This document shows, one piece after another, positions 1 to 8,443 of a stretch of 64,000 nucleotides of DNA. The notes under the pieces are model-generated. The model searched no databases. It was given only the letters and a program-made list of their open reading frames with translations, and was not told where the DNA came from. Numbering within the stretch: position 1 is the first letter of the stretch; every line of letters starts with the position of its first letter. The position numbers and the translations under genes were made by a program. This DNA comes from an uncultured Rikenellaceae bacterium (GTDB taxonomy: Bacteria > Bacteroidota > Bacteroidia > Bacteroidales > VadinHA17): NCBI GenBank assembly GCA_963818525.1, contig CAWFSO010000005.1, positions 787,087 to 851,086 on the forward strand, in the 5' to 3' direction.

Positions 1-347
1 GCATCTATGGCCTTTTCTATTTCGTCCCCGGCGTAAGCTGACTCGGGAGAAATGCTTCCCTTGTCTGAGGGGAGGTTAAGGTAATAAAGCTCCTGCGTGC
101 CGTCCATCATCGTGTTCTCGCGCATCTTGCGACGGTAATTGTTGATGAAGGTGTTTTTCATTATCGTGAAGACCCAGGCCTTAAGGTTCGTGGCATCCAC
201 AAACTTATCCTGGTTCTGTATTGCTTTCAGGAAGGTATCCTGTACGAGATCAAGTGCGTTGTCGCGATCGAGTGTCAGACTGAGGGCGTACTTCTGAAGA
301 TTGCCCTTCAGACCTATTATGCTTGTTGTAAATTCCTGTGCAGTCAT
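1..347 (-). CDS. ECF-type RNA polymerase sigma-70 factor, N-terminal part (gene runs off the window start)
   Basis: Own reverse-strand translation from ATG at 347-345: MTAQEFTTSIIGLKGNLQKYALSLTLDRDNALDLVQDTFLKAIQNQDKFVDATNLKAWVFTIMKNTFINNYRRKMRE... This fits the sigma-70 region 2 pattern (DLVQDTF, W..I..N..IN.YRR). It is missing from the ORF track because there is no stop codon inside the window. Confidence 0.7.
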   Translation of the reverse strand, partial: MTAQEFTTSIIGLKGNLQKYALSLTLDRDNALDLVQDTFLKAIQNQDKFVDATNLKAWVFTIMKNTFINNYRRKMRENTMMDGTQELYYLNLPSDKGSISPESAYAGDEIEKAID

Positions 348-373
348 CTCTCTTGGTTTTTAAATTGTTGATA

Positions 374-411
374 CAAAGTTAAACATAAAATTCGGATATC
401 CAAATCCGAAT
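374..411 (-). promoter_or_regulatory. Bacteroidota-type promoter for the ECF sigma gene, with an overlapping 8-bp inverted repeat
   Basis: The reverse strand reads TTTG (404-401), a 19-nt spacer, then TAACTTTG (381-374), which is a perfect TAnnTTTG box 26 nt upstream of the ATG. The inverted repeat ATTCGGAT/ATCCGAAT (390-397 / 404-411) overlaps the -33 element. Confidence 0.45.
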
Positions 412-584
412 ATCCTTTAATATGAGTTTCAGGCGGGAATTTTATGATTTTCTAAATAATAAGAAACAGTATATCAGTATTATATATAGCAGGAGTCTAA
501 ATTATAACAGTAATGTATTTTTTTACCGGTTAGATCAGGGAAGGCGCCCGAATACTTTTAATTATCTTTACAAAAAAGGATCAT

Positions 585-1397
585 ATGGAGATTAAGCACT
601 ACCCGTCAGGAAACACGGCCCTGTATAGTTTTAACACTTCCGAAGCCCCCAGGGCCGTGATACTGCTTGTTCACGGACTCGGCGAACATGCAGGCAGATA
701 CGAGGGCTGGGCGGCCCGGTTCAATGAAAGAGGGGTGGCCCTCCGCGCATTTGACCTGCCCGGTCACGGCAACTCGGAAGGGAGGAGGGGACTGATGCCT
801 TTTCCGGAAAAGGTCTTTGATACAATCGACAAAATAAGCGAAGAGATCGTAGCGGAATTCCCCGGCGTGCCGCTCTTCCTGTATGGCCACAGCCTTGGCG
901 GCGGCATTGTCCTGAACTACCTGGTCAGGAGAAGGCCTGAGCTTAGGGGTGCGATCGCCACCTCATCATGGCTTCTTCTCACCGAAACACCTCCAGGGGG
1001 GAAGGTGCTTATGGCAAATTTGGCAAAGAAACTGATGCCGGGTCTTACCCAGCCGTCAGGACTGAAAACCGAATTTCTGTCACGTGATCCGGAGGAGGTT
1101 GATGCTTACAGGAAAGATCCACTGGTTCATGGACTAATCTCAGCCGGGCTCTACGGCTGGGTGACCGATGCCGCCTCGGAGACACTGGCCCGCGCCTCGG
1201 AGATATCAGTGCCTCTGCTCCTGGTTCATGGTCGCAATGATATGATTATTTCTCCTGCAAGTTCGGTGCGGGTGGCTGAAGCGGCTCCCCGGGCAACCCT
1301 TAAACTGTGGGACGAGGGCTATCATGAGCTGCACAATGATCTGATCAGGGATGAGCATTTCGATTTCATCACGGAGTGGATTGACACGTTAATATAA
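585..1397 (+). CDS. alpha/beta hydrolase (lysophospholipase / monoacylglycerol lipase-like)
   Basis: 270-aa ORF with HGLGEHAGRY, the nucleophile elbow GHSLGG, and a C-terminal GYHELHND (catalytic His region). Confidence 0.8.
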   Translation: MEIKHYPSGNTALYSFNTSEAPRAVILLVHGLGEHAGRYEGWAARFNERGVALRAFDLPGHGNSEGRRGLMPFPEKVFDTIDKISEEIVAEFPGVPLFLYGHSLGGGIVLNYLVRRRPELRGAIATSSWLLLTETPPGGKVLMANLAKKLMPGLTQPSGLKTEFLSRDPEEVDAYRKDPLVHGLISAGLYGWVTDAASETLARASEISVPLLLVHGRNDMIISPASSVRVAEAAPRATLKLWDEGYHELHNDLIRDEHFDFITEWIDTLI

Positions 1398-1405
1398 TAT
1401 ATGGT

Positions 1406-2383
1406 ATGGAACTCACGACTGAGGTTCCTCTTCCCTCTTCAGCTGACAGAATCACGTTTGCCACACCGGTGATGTTCCTCGGTTCCTGCTTTGCCAGTGA
1501 GATAGGTTATCGCATGGCATCCGGCAAACTGAACGTCCTTACCAATCCGCACGGCACCCTTTTCAATCCCTTCTCGGTTGCAGGGGCGCTTGACAGGTTC
1601 GTGTCCTCATACAAATACGGTGAGAACGACATCTATCTCCATCAGAACCGTTACATGAGCCTTGATCATCACACCGCTTTCTCCTCATATGAGCGTGAAC
1701 TGCTCATTGACAGGCTCAATGATGTAAGCCTGACTGCCTCCTCGTTTATCAGGGAAGCCTCTTTCCTGTTTGTCACCTTCGGCACCTCTTATATATACAC
1801 ACTCAGGGAGAGCGGCGCCATCGTCGCCAACTGTCACAAGCTGCCATCGTCGCTCTTCACCCGCCGCCAGGCTGCCTGGAGCGAGATTGCCCAAAGGTGG
1901 AAAGAGACGCTTGACCGCCTGGCTGAGCTGAACCCCGGACTCAAGGTCTGGTTCACCGTCAGTCCTGTCCGTCACCTCGGCGACGGCGCCCATGCCAACC
2001 AGCTCAGCAAGGCCCACCTGCTGCTGGCCGTCGAGGAGCTTCTGTCGCATCGCTCCGTTGCGGGCTACTTCCCGGCCTACGAGATATTCATGGATGAGCT
2101 GCGCGATTACAGGTTCTATGCTTCTGATATGGTACATCCCTCGGAGACAGCCGTTGATTATATATGGGAAAAGTTCAGTGCGGTCTTTTTTGACAGCCCG
2201 GTGCTCCGCCTCTGGAGCGAGGCTGCAAGGATAACCCGCGCCATGGCTCACCGCACCCTCGGCGGGAAGAGAGAAACAACACCTTTTGCTGCTGCCATTC
2301 TTGAGAGGATCCGTGATTTAAAGGCTAAGGCACCCTATGTTGATCTGACAGCAGAGGAGAAATATTTCAGGGAGTTGATGTAA
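1406..2383 (+). CDS. GSCFA domain-containing protein
   Basis: 325-aa ORF with the literal GSCFA motif near the N-terminus (FLGSCFASEIG). Confidence 0.7.
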   Translation: MELTTEVPLPSSADRITFATPVMFLGSCFASEIGYRMASGKLNVLTNPHGTLFNPFSVAGALDRFVSSYKYGENDIYLHQNRYMSLDHHTAFSSYERELLIDRLNDVSLTASSFIREASFLFVTFGTSYIYTLRESGAIVANCHKLPSSLFTRRQAAWSEIAQRWKETLDRLAELNPGLKVWFTVSPVRHLGDGAHANQLSKAHLLLAVEELLSHRSVAGYFPAYEIFMDELRDYRFYASDMVHPSETAVDYIWEKFSAVFFDSPVLRLWSEAARITRAMAHRTLGGKRETTPFAAAILERIRDLKAKAPYVDLTAEEKYFRELM

Positions 2384-2439
2384 AATAAATAACCTGTTGT
2401 GTTGAACCATCTGTCTTTTGTATTGTTTTTTATATCAAA

Positions 2440-4845
2440 ATGTGTACAGAAATGAAAAAACTTCCTTTAATAATATTGTTAACCCTGGTATTCGCCGATC
2501 TTTCAGGACAGTCGGGTGGAGGGGTCATACGCGGCAAGGTGGTTGATGCAACGAGCAATGAGCCTGTTCCCTTTGCCAGTGTTGTGATATGGAATACCAC
2601 CATAGGCGCTATGACCGACTTTGACGGCAATTTTATGTTCACCGGAATCACCCCCGGATTTGTTGAGGTGAGGGTATCTTCGGTTGGCTACAAGACTTAT
2701 GTGACCGAAGGTGTAATGGTAACAAACAACAATGAGGTCAACCTTACCATTCCCCTGGAGACGACAGTGGTGGAGGTGTCAGATGTGATCATCAAGGCAT
2801 CTCCCTTCCGCAAGAAGATCGAGAGTCCCATATCAGCGAGAATCATAGGTATCCAGGAGATCGAACTGAACCCGGGCGGTAACCGTGACATCTCAAGGGT
2901 CATACAGTCTTTCCCGGGAGTGGCTTCCACACCTGCATTCAGGAATGACGTCATTGTCAGGGGCGGAGGGCCCAATGAGAACAGGTTCTTCATTGACAAT
3001 GTGGAGATTCCGTATCTGAATCACTTCTCCACCCAGGGATCATCCGGCGGGCCGACCGGTATTATCAACGTCGACTTCGTAAGCTCTGTCGACTTTCTCT
3101 CGGGCGCCTTCCCTGCTTCAAGGGGCAATGCACTCAGTTCGGTCATGAATTTTACAATGATTGACGGTAACAAGGAGAAGAGGTCGGTAAAAGCGACCCT
3201 TGGCGCTTCCGACCTTGGTCTGACATTCAACGGCCCGGTAGGTGACCGCGGCTCCCTTATCGTCTCGGCACGGAGGTCGTACCTGCAGTTCCTGTTCGGA
3301 GTGCTCGAACTCCCGTTCCTTCCGACCTATACCGATTTTCAGTTTAAATACAAGATCAATTTTGACCAGAAGAATGAGCTTACAATACTGGGTATCGGTG
3401 CCCTGGACGACTTCCAGCTGAACCTGGAGGCCAATGAAACGGAATTCCAGCGATATGTTCTCGGATTCCTTCCAGTCCAGGAGCAATACAGTTATACGAT
3501 AGGTGCCGTCTACCGTCATTTCCGCAAGAACGGATCTGACATGGTTGTGTTGAGTCGCAATTATTTGAACAACACTCAGTACAAATATTTAAACAATGAT
3601 GATTCGGACCCCGACAATAAAACATATGATTACGATAGCGGTGAGGGAGACATCCGCCTCAGGTACGAACGCACCGTCGTCTGGCCTAACACCTTCAGGG
3701 TCAGTTACGGCGCAGGAACGGAGATGTCGCGGTACCGCAATGACACTTACAGGGAGTTTTTTGACGGAGAAGAGATGCAGACCGAGATTTACAGCACCAA
3801 CCTCGTCTTCTTCAAATATGCTGCCTTCGGGCAGGTGAGCCGGGCATTCATTGATGAAAACCTCAGGCTCTCATTCGGGATCCGCGCTGACGGAAACAGC
3901 TTCTCTCCTGAGATGGCCAATCCCTTCACGCAGCTCTCTCCCCGGTTCTCCGCATCATATACACTGACGGAGGAGTTCAACCTCAATTTCAATGTGGGCC
4001 GTTACTATCAGCTTCCGCCCTACACCTCCCTGGGACTTAAGGACAATGACGGCAACTACATAAACAGGGATAACAAACTGAAATATATGGCTGCCAATCA
4101 CCTGGTGGGAGGAGTTGAGTATATTCCGGAGGATAGGCTCCAGTTCACCCTGGAGGGATTTTACAAGCACTATGACGACTATCCGTTCTCAGTCACTGAC
4201 CAGGTACCTCTGTCGACCAAGAGCGCGGGTTACGGCATCTTTGGAAACGAACCCCTCGTCTCTACAGCCATAGGAAGGGCTTACGGGGTTGAGCTGATGG
4301 GTCGTGCCAGGGACTTCAACGGGCTGAACATGGTCTTCTCCTACACTTTTGTCAGAAGCGAGTTCGAAGGAACAGACGGCGCTTATATACCAACCGCCTG
4401 GGATAACACACACCTGATAAGCGTCACGGCCACACAGAGCATCGGCAAAACATGGGATGCGGGATTCCGCTGGAGATATGTCGGAGGAGCACCGTATACG
4501 CCTTATGATTATGAGAAATCATCATTAATAGAGGCATGGGATGCGAACGGTCAGGGCTATCTTGACTATACAAAATTCAACACCCTGAGGCTTAAGGGTT
4601 TCAATCAGCTGGACATCAGGATTGACAAACAGTTCTATTTCGACAGATGGTCGCTTATGATCTATGTGGATGTTCAGAATGTACTGAACTACAAGGCTGA
4701 TCAGCCTGACATTCTTCTGCAGCAGACTGACAGTGCCGGTATCCCTCTTATCGATCCGGAGGATCCCACGCGTTACCTGCTGAAATTCGTTGAGGCAGAC
4801 TCGGGGACGGTACTTCCTACCCTGGGTATCATTATTGAAATCTGA
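2440..4845 (+). CDS. TonB-dependent receptor with N-terminal carboxypeptidase-regulatory-like domain
   Basis: 801-aa ORF. It has a signal peptide (MKKLPLIILLTLVFADLSG), a CarboxypepD_reg-like segment (GVIRGKVVDATSNEPVPFASVVI..TDFDGNFMF), a plug region (DISRVIQSFPGV, VIVRGGGPNENRFFIDNVEIP), and a long beta-barrel-like remainder. ATG 2452 is an alternative start. Confidence 0.85.
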   Translation: MCTEMKKLPLIILLTLVFADLSGQSGGGVIRGKVVDATSNEPVPFASVVIWNTTIGAMTDFDGNFMFTGITPGFVEVRVSSVGYKTYVTEGVMVTNNNEVNLTIPLETTVVEVSDVIIKASPFRKKIESPISARIIGIQEIELNPGGNRDISRVIQSFPGVASTPAFRNDVIVRGGGPNENRFFIDNVEIPYLNHFSTQGSSGGPTGIINVDFVSSVDFLSGAFPASRGNALSSVMNFTMIDGNKEKRSVKATLGASDLGLTFNGPVGDRGSLIVSARRSYLQFLFGVLELPFLPTYTDFQFKYKINFDQKNELTILGIGALDDFQLNLEANETEFQRYVLGFLPVQEQYSYTIGAVYRHFRKNGSDMVVLSRNYLNNTQYKYLNNDDSDPDNKTYDYDSGEGDIRLRYERTVVWPNTFRVSYGAGTEMSRYRNDTYREFFDGEEMQTEIYSTNLVFFKYAAFGQVSRAFIDENLRLSFGIRADGNSFSPEMANPFTQLSPRFSASYTLTEEFNLNFNVGRYYQLPPYTSLGLKDNDGNYINRDNKLKYMAANHLVGGVEYIPEDRLQFTLEGFYKHYDDYPFSVTDQVPLSTKSAGYGIFGNEPLVSTAIGRAYGVELMGRARDFNGLNMVFSYTFVRSEFEGTDGAYIPTAWDNTHLISVTATQSIGKTWDAGFRWRYVGGAPYTPYDYEKSSLIEAWDANGQGYLDYTKFNTLRLKGFNQLDIRIDKQFYFDRWSLMIYVDVQNVLNYKADQPDILLQQTDSAGIPLIDPEDPTRYLLKFVEADSGTVLPTLGIIIEI

Positions 4846-4858
4846 AAAAGTGAAAGAG

Positions 4859-5605
4859 ATGAAATACATAATCATATTAATAAGTGTTATAGTCGCCTCA
4901 TGCTCCGCTTCGCCAACGGCTTCAAAAATGGCGCAGAGGCAGACCTTCACCGATGTTGTGACCAACAAGGCCGGAACCGGCCCGGAGATAGAAGTAAAGT
5001 TCTATGGGGGTACTTCCCTGTACTATCCCCTGATGGCTGTATGGCTTGAGGATGAGCAGGGCGGTTATATCCAGACCCTGTTTGTACCCAGGGCTGTTGC
5101 CACCGGTGTATTCAAGTATGGTTCGAATGCCTCCGGCAAATGGCAGGAGGCTGCCAAAAGGGCACCGCAGACCCTTCCCTACTGGTCTCACAAGAGGGGA
5201 GTCAGGGCTCCTGACGGACTTTACATGCCTGATCCTGAGAACCCGGTGGCTGACGCCTACAGCGGCGCCACTCCAACCACCAGCTTTGTTCTGCAGACAC
5301 GCGCCGACAGGGCCCTTCCCGGAAAATTCAGGGTGATGTTCGAGGTAAACCAGAACTGGGACTGGAATGAATACTGGACAAACGACAAATATCCGGGTGA
5401 CAGGAATTACCTGAACAATGCCCAGCCGTCATTAGTCTATGAGAGCATGGTTGACATGAATAACCTGCGCGACAGGTATGTAATGAAACCGTCAGGTCAC
5501 GGTCATCCGACAGGAGCCACAGGCGAACTGTTCACTGACCTGAGTACCCTGACCACAGCACTGCAGATCGCTGACTCAGTCGTTGTCAGGATAACCGGGA
5601 AATAA
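4859..5605 (+). CDS. lipoprotein of unknown function (possibly DUF2271-like periplasmic protein)
   Basis: The internal ATG at 4859 gives MKYIIILISVIVASCSAS, a lipobox with Cys15, 13 nt after the receptor stop. The segment YYPLMAVWLEDEQGGYIQTLFV..LPYWSHKRG recalls DUF2271-type proteins; this is from memory and not verified. Confidence 0.6.
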   Translation: MKYIIILISVIVASCSASPTASKMAQRQTFTDVVTNKAGTGPEIEVKFYGGTSLYYPLMAVWLEDEQGGYIQTLFVPRAVATGVFKYGSNASGKWQEAAKRAPQTLPYWSHKRGVRAPDGLYMPDPENPVADAYSGATPTTSFVLQTRADRALPGKFRVMFEVNQNWDWNEYWTNDKYPGDRNYLNNAQPSLVYESMVDMNNLRDRYVMKPSGHGHPTGATGELFTDLSTLTTALQIADSVVVRITGK

Positions 5606-5625
5606 GGAAATAAATTTCGGAATTA

Positions 5626-6525
5626 TCAGAGGCTGTCTGCCCATTCTGTCAGTCCGGCAGGTGAGCAGACAGCTTCTGTTTTGCCGTTGCTCCATGAGCC
5701 GTTGCTGGCATATCTGCCAAGAACCAGCACTCTCTTCAGTTCCAGTTCCTTTACCATTTCACTGCAGAATCCCCTCACCTCATCGTCAGGCTCTGACGCC
5801 GGCAGGTTTACTGCCAGAACGGTGAAAGGCCTGACGGAGTGAATACCCCTGATGTCATCTGCCGAGAGTGTACCTTCAGTATAAACAACGTCATAACCCC
5901 TGCTTTTGAGGAGGTACTTAATAAAAACAAGATTATTCTCGCTTTCGTTATCGCCGAGGTTAATAATGGCTGCCCTGCGTCCGTTGAGAGTGTTCTCAAC
6001 GTTGATCTCCTCGGAGATAAGAATTGTTCTGATGACATGCCTTATGAATTGCTCCTGGGGTTTTGAAATGCAGTCTGTCAGCCAGAGCACCCTCGCCTTC
6101 TGCATCAGCGGATGGAATACCTGCAGGTAGGCTTCTGTAAGCCCCTGATTCCTGACAAATTGGGTTAGCTTCTCCCTGAACTCCTCTTCGCTGAACTTAA
6201 GTGCTGACATTATCAGCTCTCCCGGCCTGAAGGTACCGTCACTTGTCTCGTCTCCACTTCCGTTTTTAAGTACTTCGCGCAGCAGCTCGCTGTCGTTCAG
6301 CCGGGCTATCTTTGATATCTTCATCCCGTTACGGTTGAGAATGGAGACGGTGATGAGCTTCTTCAGCTCCTCTTCGGTATAGTATCTTATGTTGGAATCG
6401 CTTCTTTCGGGCGTAAGGATCCCGTAGCGCTTCTCCCACATCCGTATGGTGTGGGCCTTTATGCCGCAAAAGTTCTCAAGATCCTTTATGGAGTATGTCC
6501 TGCTTCCTGCATTCATCTCTCTCAA
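5626..6525 (-). CDS. MerR-family transcriptional regulator with a C-terminal B12-binding-like (Rossmann) domain that lacks the His ligand motif
   Basis: N-terminal MerR HTH (YSIKDLENFCGIKAHTIRMWEKRYGILTPERSDSNIRYYTEEEL). The C-terminal region (AAIINLGDNESENNLVFIKYLLKSRGYDVVY...VLVLG) has the layout of a cobalamin-binding domain, but GDNESEN replaces DxHxxG. Confidence 0.7.
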   Translation of the reverse strand: MREMNAGSRTYSIKDLENFCGIKAHTIRMWEKRYGILTPERSDSNIRYYTEEELKKLITVSILNRNGMKISKIARLNDSELLREVLKNGSGDETSDGTFRPGELIMSALKFSEEEFREKLTQFVRNQGLTEAYLQVFHPLMQKARVLWLTDCISKPQEQFIRHVIRTILISEEINVENTLNGRRAAIINLGDNESENNLVFIKYLLKSRGYDVVYTEGTLSADDIRGIHSVRPFTVLAVNLPASEPDDEVRGFCSEMVKELELKRVLVLGRYASNGSWSNGKTEAVCSPAGLTEWADSL

Positions 6526-6681
6526 TGTTACTTACTCAATGTGTATAACAAAGAGAGTGTATAAATGTTTAAAGCTCCTCTTCCGAAGGCGCAGAGCGAT
6601 TGCTTTTCGTGGTTCCAATTACTAAAAAACAGCTTCAACATAATCCAAAAAAGTCGTAAATTCGCAGTTCATTGGATTTTG

Positions 6682-7926
6682 ATGAAGGAGTTACAGAGCA
6701 TAAAACAGAGGTTTGGGATAATCGGCAATCATGATGGCCTGAACAGGGCTATAGATATTGCCGTTCAGGTTGCCCCCACGGATCTCTCTGTGCTCATCAC
6801 CGGGGAGAGCGGAACCGGCAAGGAGGTCTTCCCTCAGGTGATCCATACCTACAGCCTCCGTAAGCACGGCCCCTATATTGCCGTCAACTGCGGCGCCATC
6901 CCCGAGGGGACAATCGATTCAGAGCTTTTCGGACATGAGAAGGGCGCCTTTACCGGAGCCACCGACAGCCGGAAGGGATACTTTGAGGTTGCCAACGGCG
7001 GCACCATCTTCCTCGACGAGGTGGCCGAGCTGCCGCTCTCGACACAGGTGAGGCTGCTCAGAGTGCTGGAGTCGGGTGAGTTCATCAGGGTAGGCTCCTC
7101 GAAGGTACAGAAGACGGATGTCAGGGTCATAACAGCAACGAATGTTGATATAGTGCAGGCGGTCTCCTCGGGCAGGTTCCGCGAGGATCTCTTCTACAGG
7201 CTCAACACTGTGCCCGTTCGCATACCGCCTTTGCGCGAGAGAGGCGAAGACATCATACTCCTCTTCCGCAAGTTCGCCGTCGATTTTGCCGAGCGTTACC
7301 GGATGCCGGCCATCAGGCCCGACAGCCAGGCGAGGGAGATGCTCTTAAACTATTACTGGCCGGGTAACGTCAGGCAGCTGAAAAACATAACCGAGCAGAT
7401 ATCAGTAATTGAACAGGAGCGTGAAGTCAACGCCGCGATGCTCTCACATTATCTTCCCGATTTTCAGAGCGGACGCCTACCGGTGCCCGTCAGGGCTGCA
7501 GAGGGAAAGGGGTTCAGCACCGAAAGAGAGATACTGTACAAGGTGCTCTTTGACATGAAGAGCGACATGCATGATCTAAAGAATCTTGTTTATGACCTGC
7601 TGAATGCAGGCGGCGAGCCCGACAATCTCACGGAGAGCGGTGCCAGGGCGGCTCGTAATCTGTTCAATGAGAGTGCTGTAAGAAAGGAAACATTCGAGCC
7701 GGTACAACCTGTAGCGGTAGGCTATGGTTCTGCCAGGGAGAGCAGGGCCATTGAGGATACCGAGGAGGTCATTGAGGAATCACTGTCGCTCACCGACCGC
7801 GAGAAGGAGCTGATAAAAAAGGCGCTCGACAAGAACAACGGGAAAAGAAAGCTTGCCGCAGCCGAGCTGGGCATTTCGGAGAGAACACTTTACAGGAAAA
7901 TAAAAGAATACGGCCTTGATGGTTAA
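6682..7926 (+). CDS. sigma-54-dependent Fis-family transcriptional activator (AAA+ plus HTH only, no sensory domain)
   Basis: Walker A GESGTGKE, the sigma-54 contact motif GAFTGA, and a C-terminal HTH (AAAELGISERTLYRKIKEYGL). The start is taken at the internal ATG 6682 (MKELQSIKQRFGIIG); the ORF-track start 6565 adds an implausible leader. Confidence 0.85.
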   Translation: MKELQSIKQRFGIIGNHDGLNRAIDIAVQVAPTDLSVLITGESGTGKEVFPQVIHTYSLRKHGPYIAVNCGAIPEGTIDSELFGHEKGAFTGATDSRKGYFEVANGGTIFLDEVAELPLSTQVRLLRVLESGEFIRVGSSKVQKTDVRVITATNVDIVQAVSSGRFREDLFYRLNTVPVRIPPLRERGEDIILLFRKFAVDFAERYRMPAIRPDSQAREMLLNYYWPGNVRQLKNITEQISVIEQEREVNAAMLSHYLPDFQSGRLPVPVRAAEGKGFSTEREILYKVLFDMKSDMHDLKNLVYDLLNAGGEPDNLTESGARAARNLFNESAVRKETFEPVQPVAVGYGSARESRAIEDTEEVIEESLSLTDREKELIKKALDKNNGKRKLAAAELGISERTLYRKIKEYGLDG

Positions 7927-8434
7927 ACTGGTACGGATAGTATTGCCTCTGGCACTGCTTGTCATTGCAGTAAGCTGCGGAGTAAAGATGAAATACTCCT
8001 TCACCGGGGCATCCATTCCCGTTGACGCAAGGAACATCAGTGTTGCGACATTTCAGAACAGGGCGAGCCTGGTGCAGCCGGGACTGAACCAGCGGGTGAC
8101 CGATGCGCTCATCGACATGTGCAGGGCACAGACCAACCTCGACATTGTGACCTCAGGAGGCGATTTAAGTTTCGAGGGAGATATAACCGATTACAAGACG
8201 CAGCCCCTGACAGTCGGAGGCGACGAGCAGGCTGCCATGAACCGCTTCTCGGTCTCGGTCAGGGTCAAGTATGTCAACAGCTTTGATGCCGACAACAGCT
8301 TCGAGCAGACCTTCACGAGGTATCAGGATTACGACAGTTCGCTCGATCTCGCTGATGTCGAGGCGACCCTGGTTGAAGAGATCGTGAAGATGCTGGTAGA
8401 GGATATTTTTAACAGGGCATTTGTCAACTGGTAG
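7919..8434 (+). CDS. LptE-like lipoprotein
   Basis: Lipobox in MVKLVRIVLPLALLVIAVSCG. The size and its position between the sigma-54 activator and secG match the Bacteroidota LptE-family gene neighbourhood as I recall it. It overlaps the upstream gene by 8 nt. Confidence 0.55.
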   Translation: MVKLVRIVLPLALLVIAVSCGVKMKYSFTGASIPVDARNISVATFQNRASLVQPGLNQRVTDALIDMCRAQTNLDIVTSGGDLSFEGDITDYKTQPLTVGGDEQAAMNRFSVSVRVKYVNSFDADNSFEQTFTRYQDYDSSLDLADVEATLVEEIVKMLVEDIFNRAFVNW

Positions 8435-8443
8435 GAGCTGCTG

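Noticed and set aside
2384-2439. Cobalamin or other riboswitch upstream of the TonB-dependent receptor
   Set aside because: The spacer is only 56 nt, which is too short and has no conserved riboswitch core.
6541-6564. Direct repeat GTGTATAA-N8-GTGTATAA in the MerR / sigma-54-activator divergent spacer as a MerR operator
   Set aside because: MerR-family operators are palindromes within the promoter spacer. This is a direct repeat of AT-rich 8-mers and could easily be chance.
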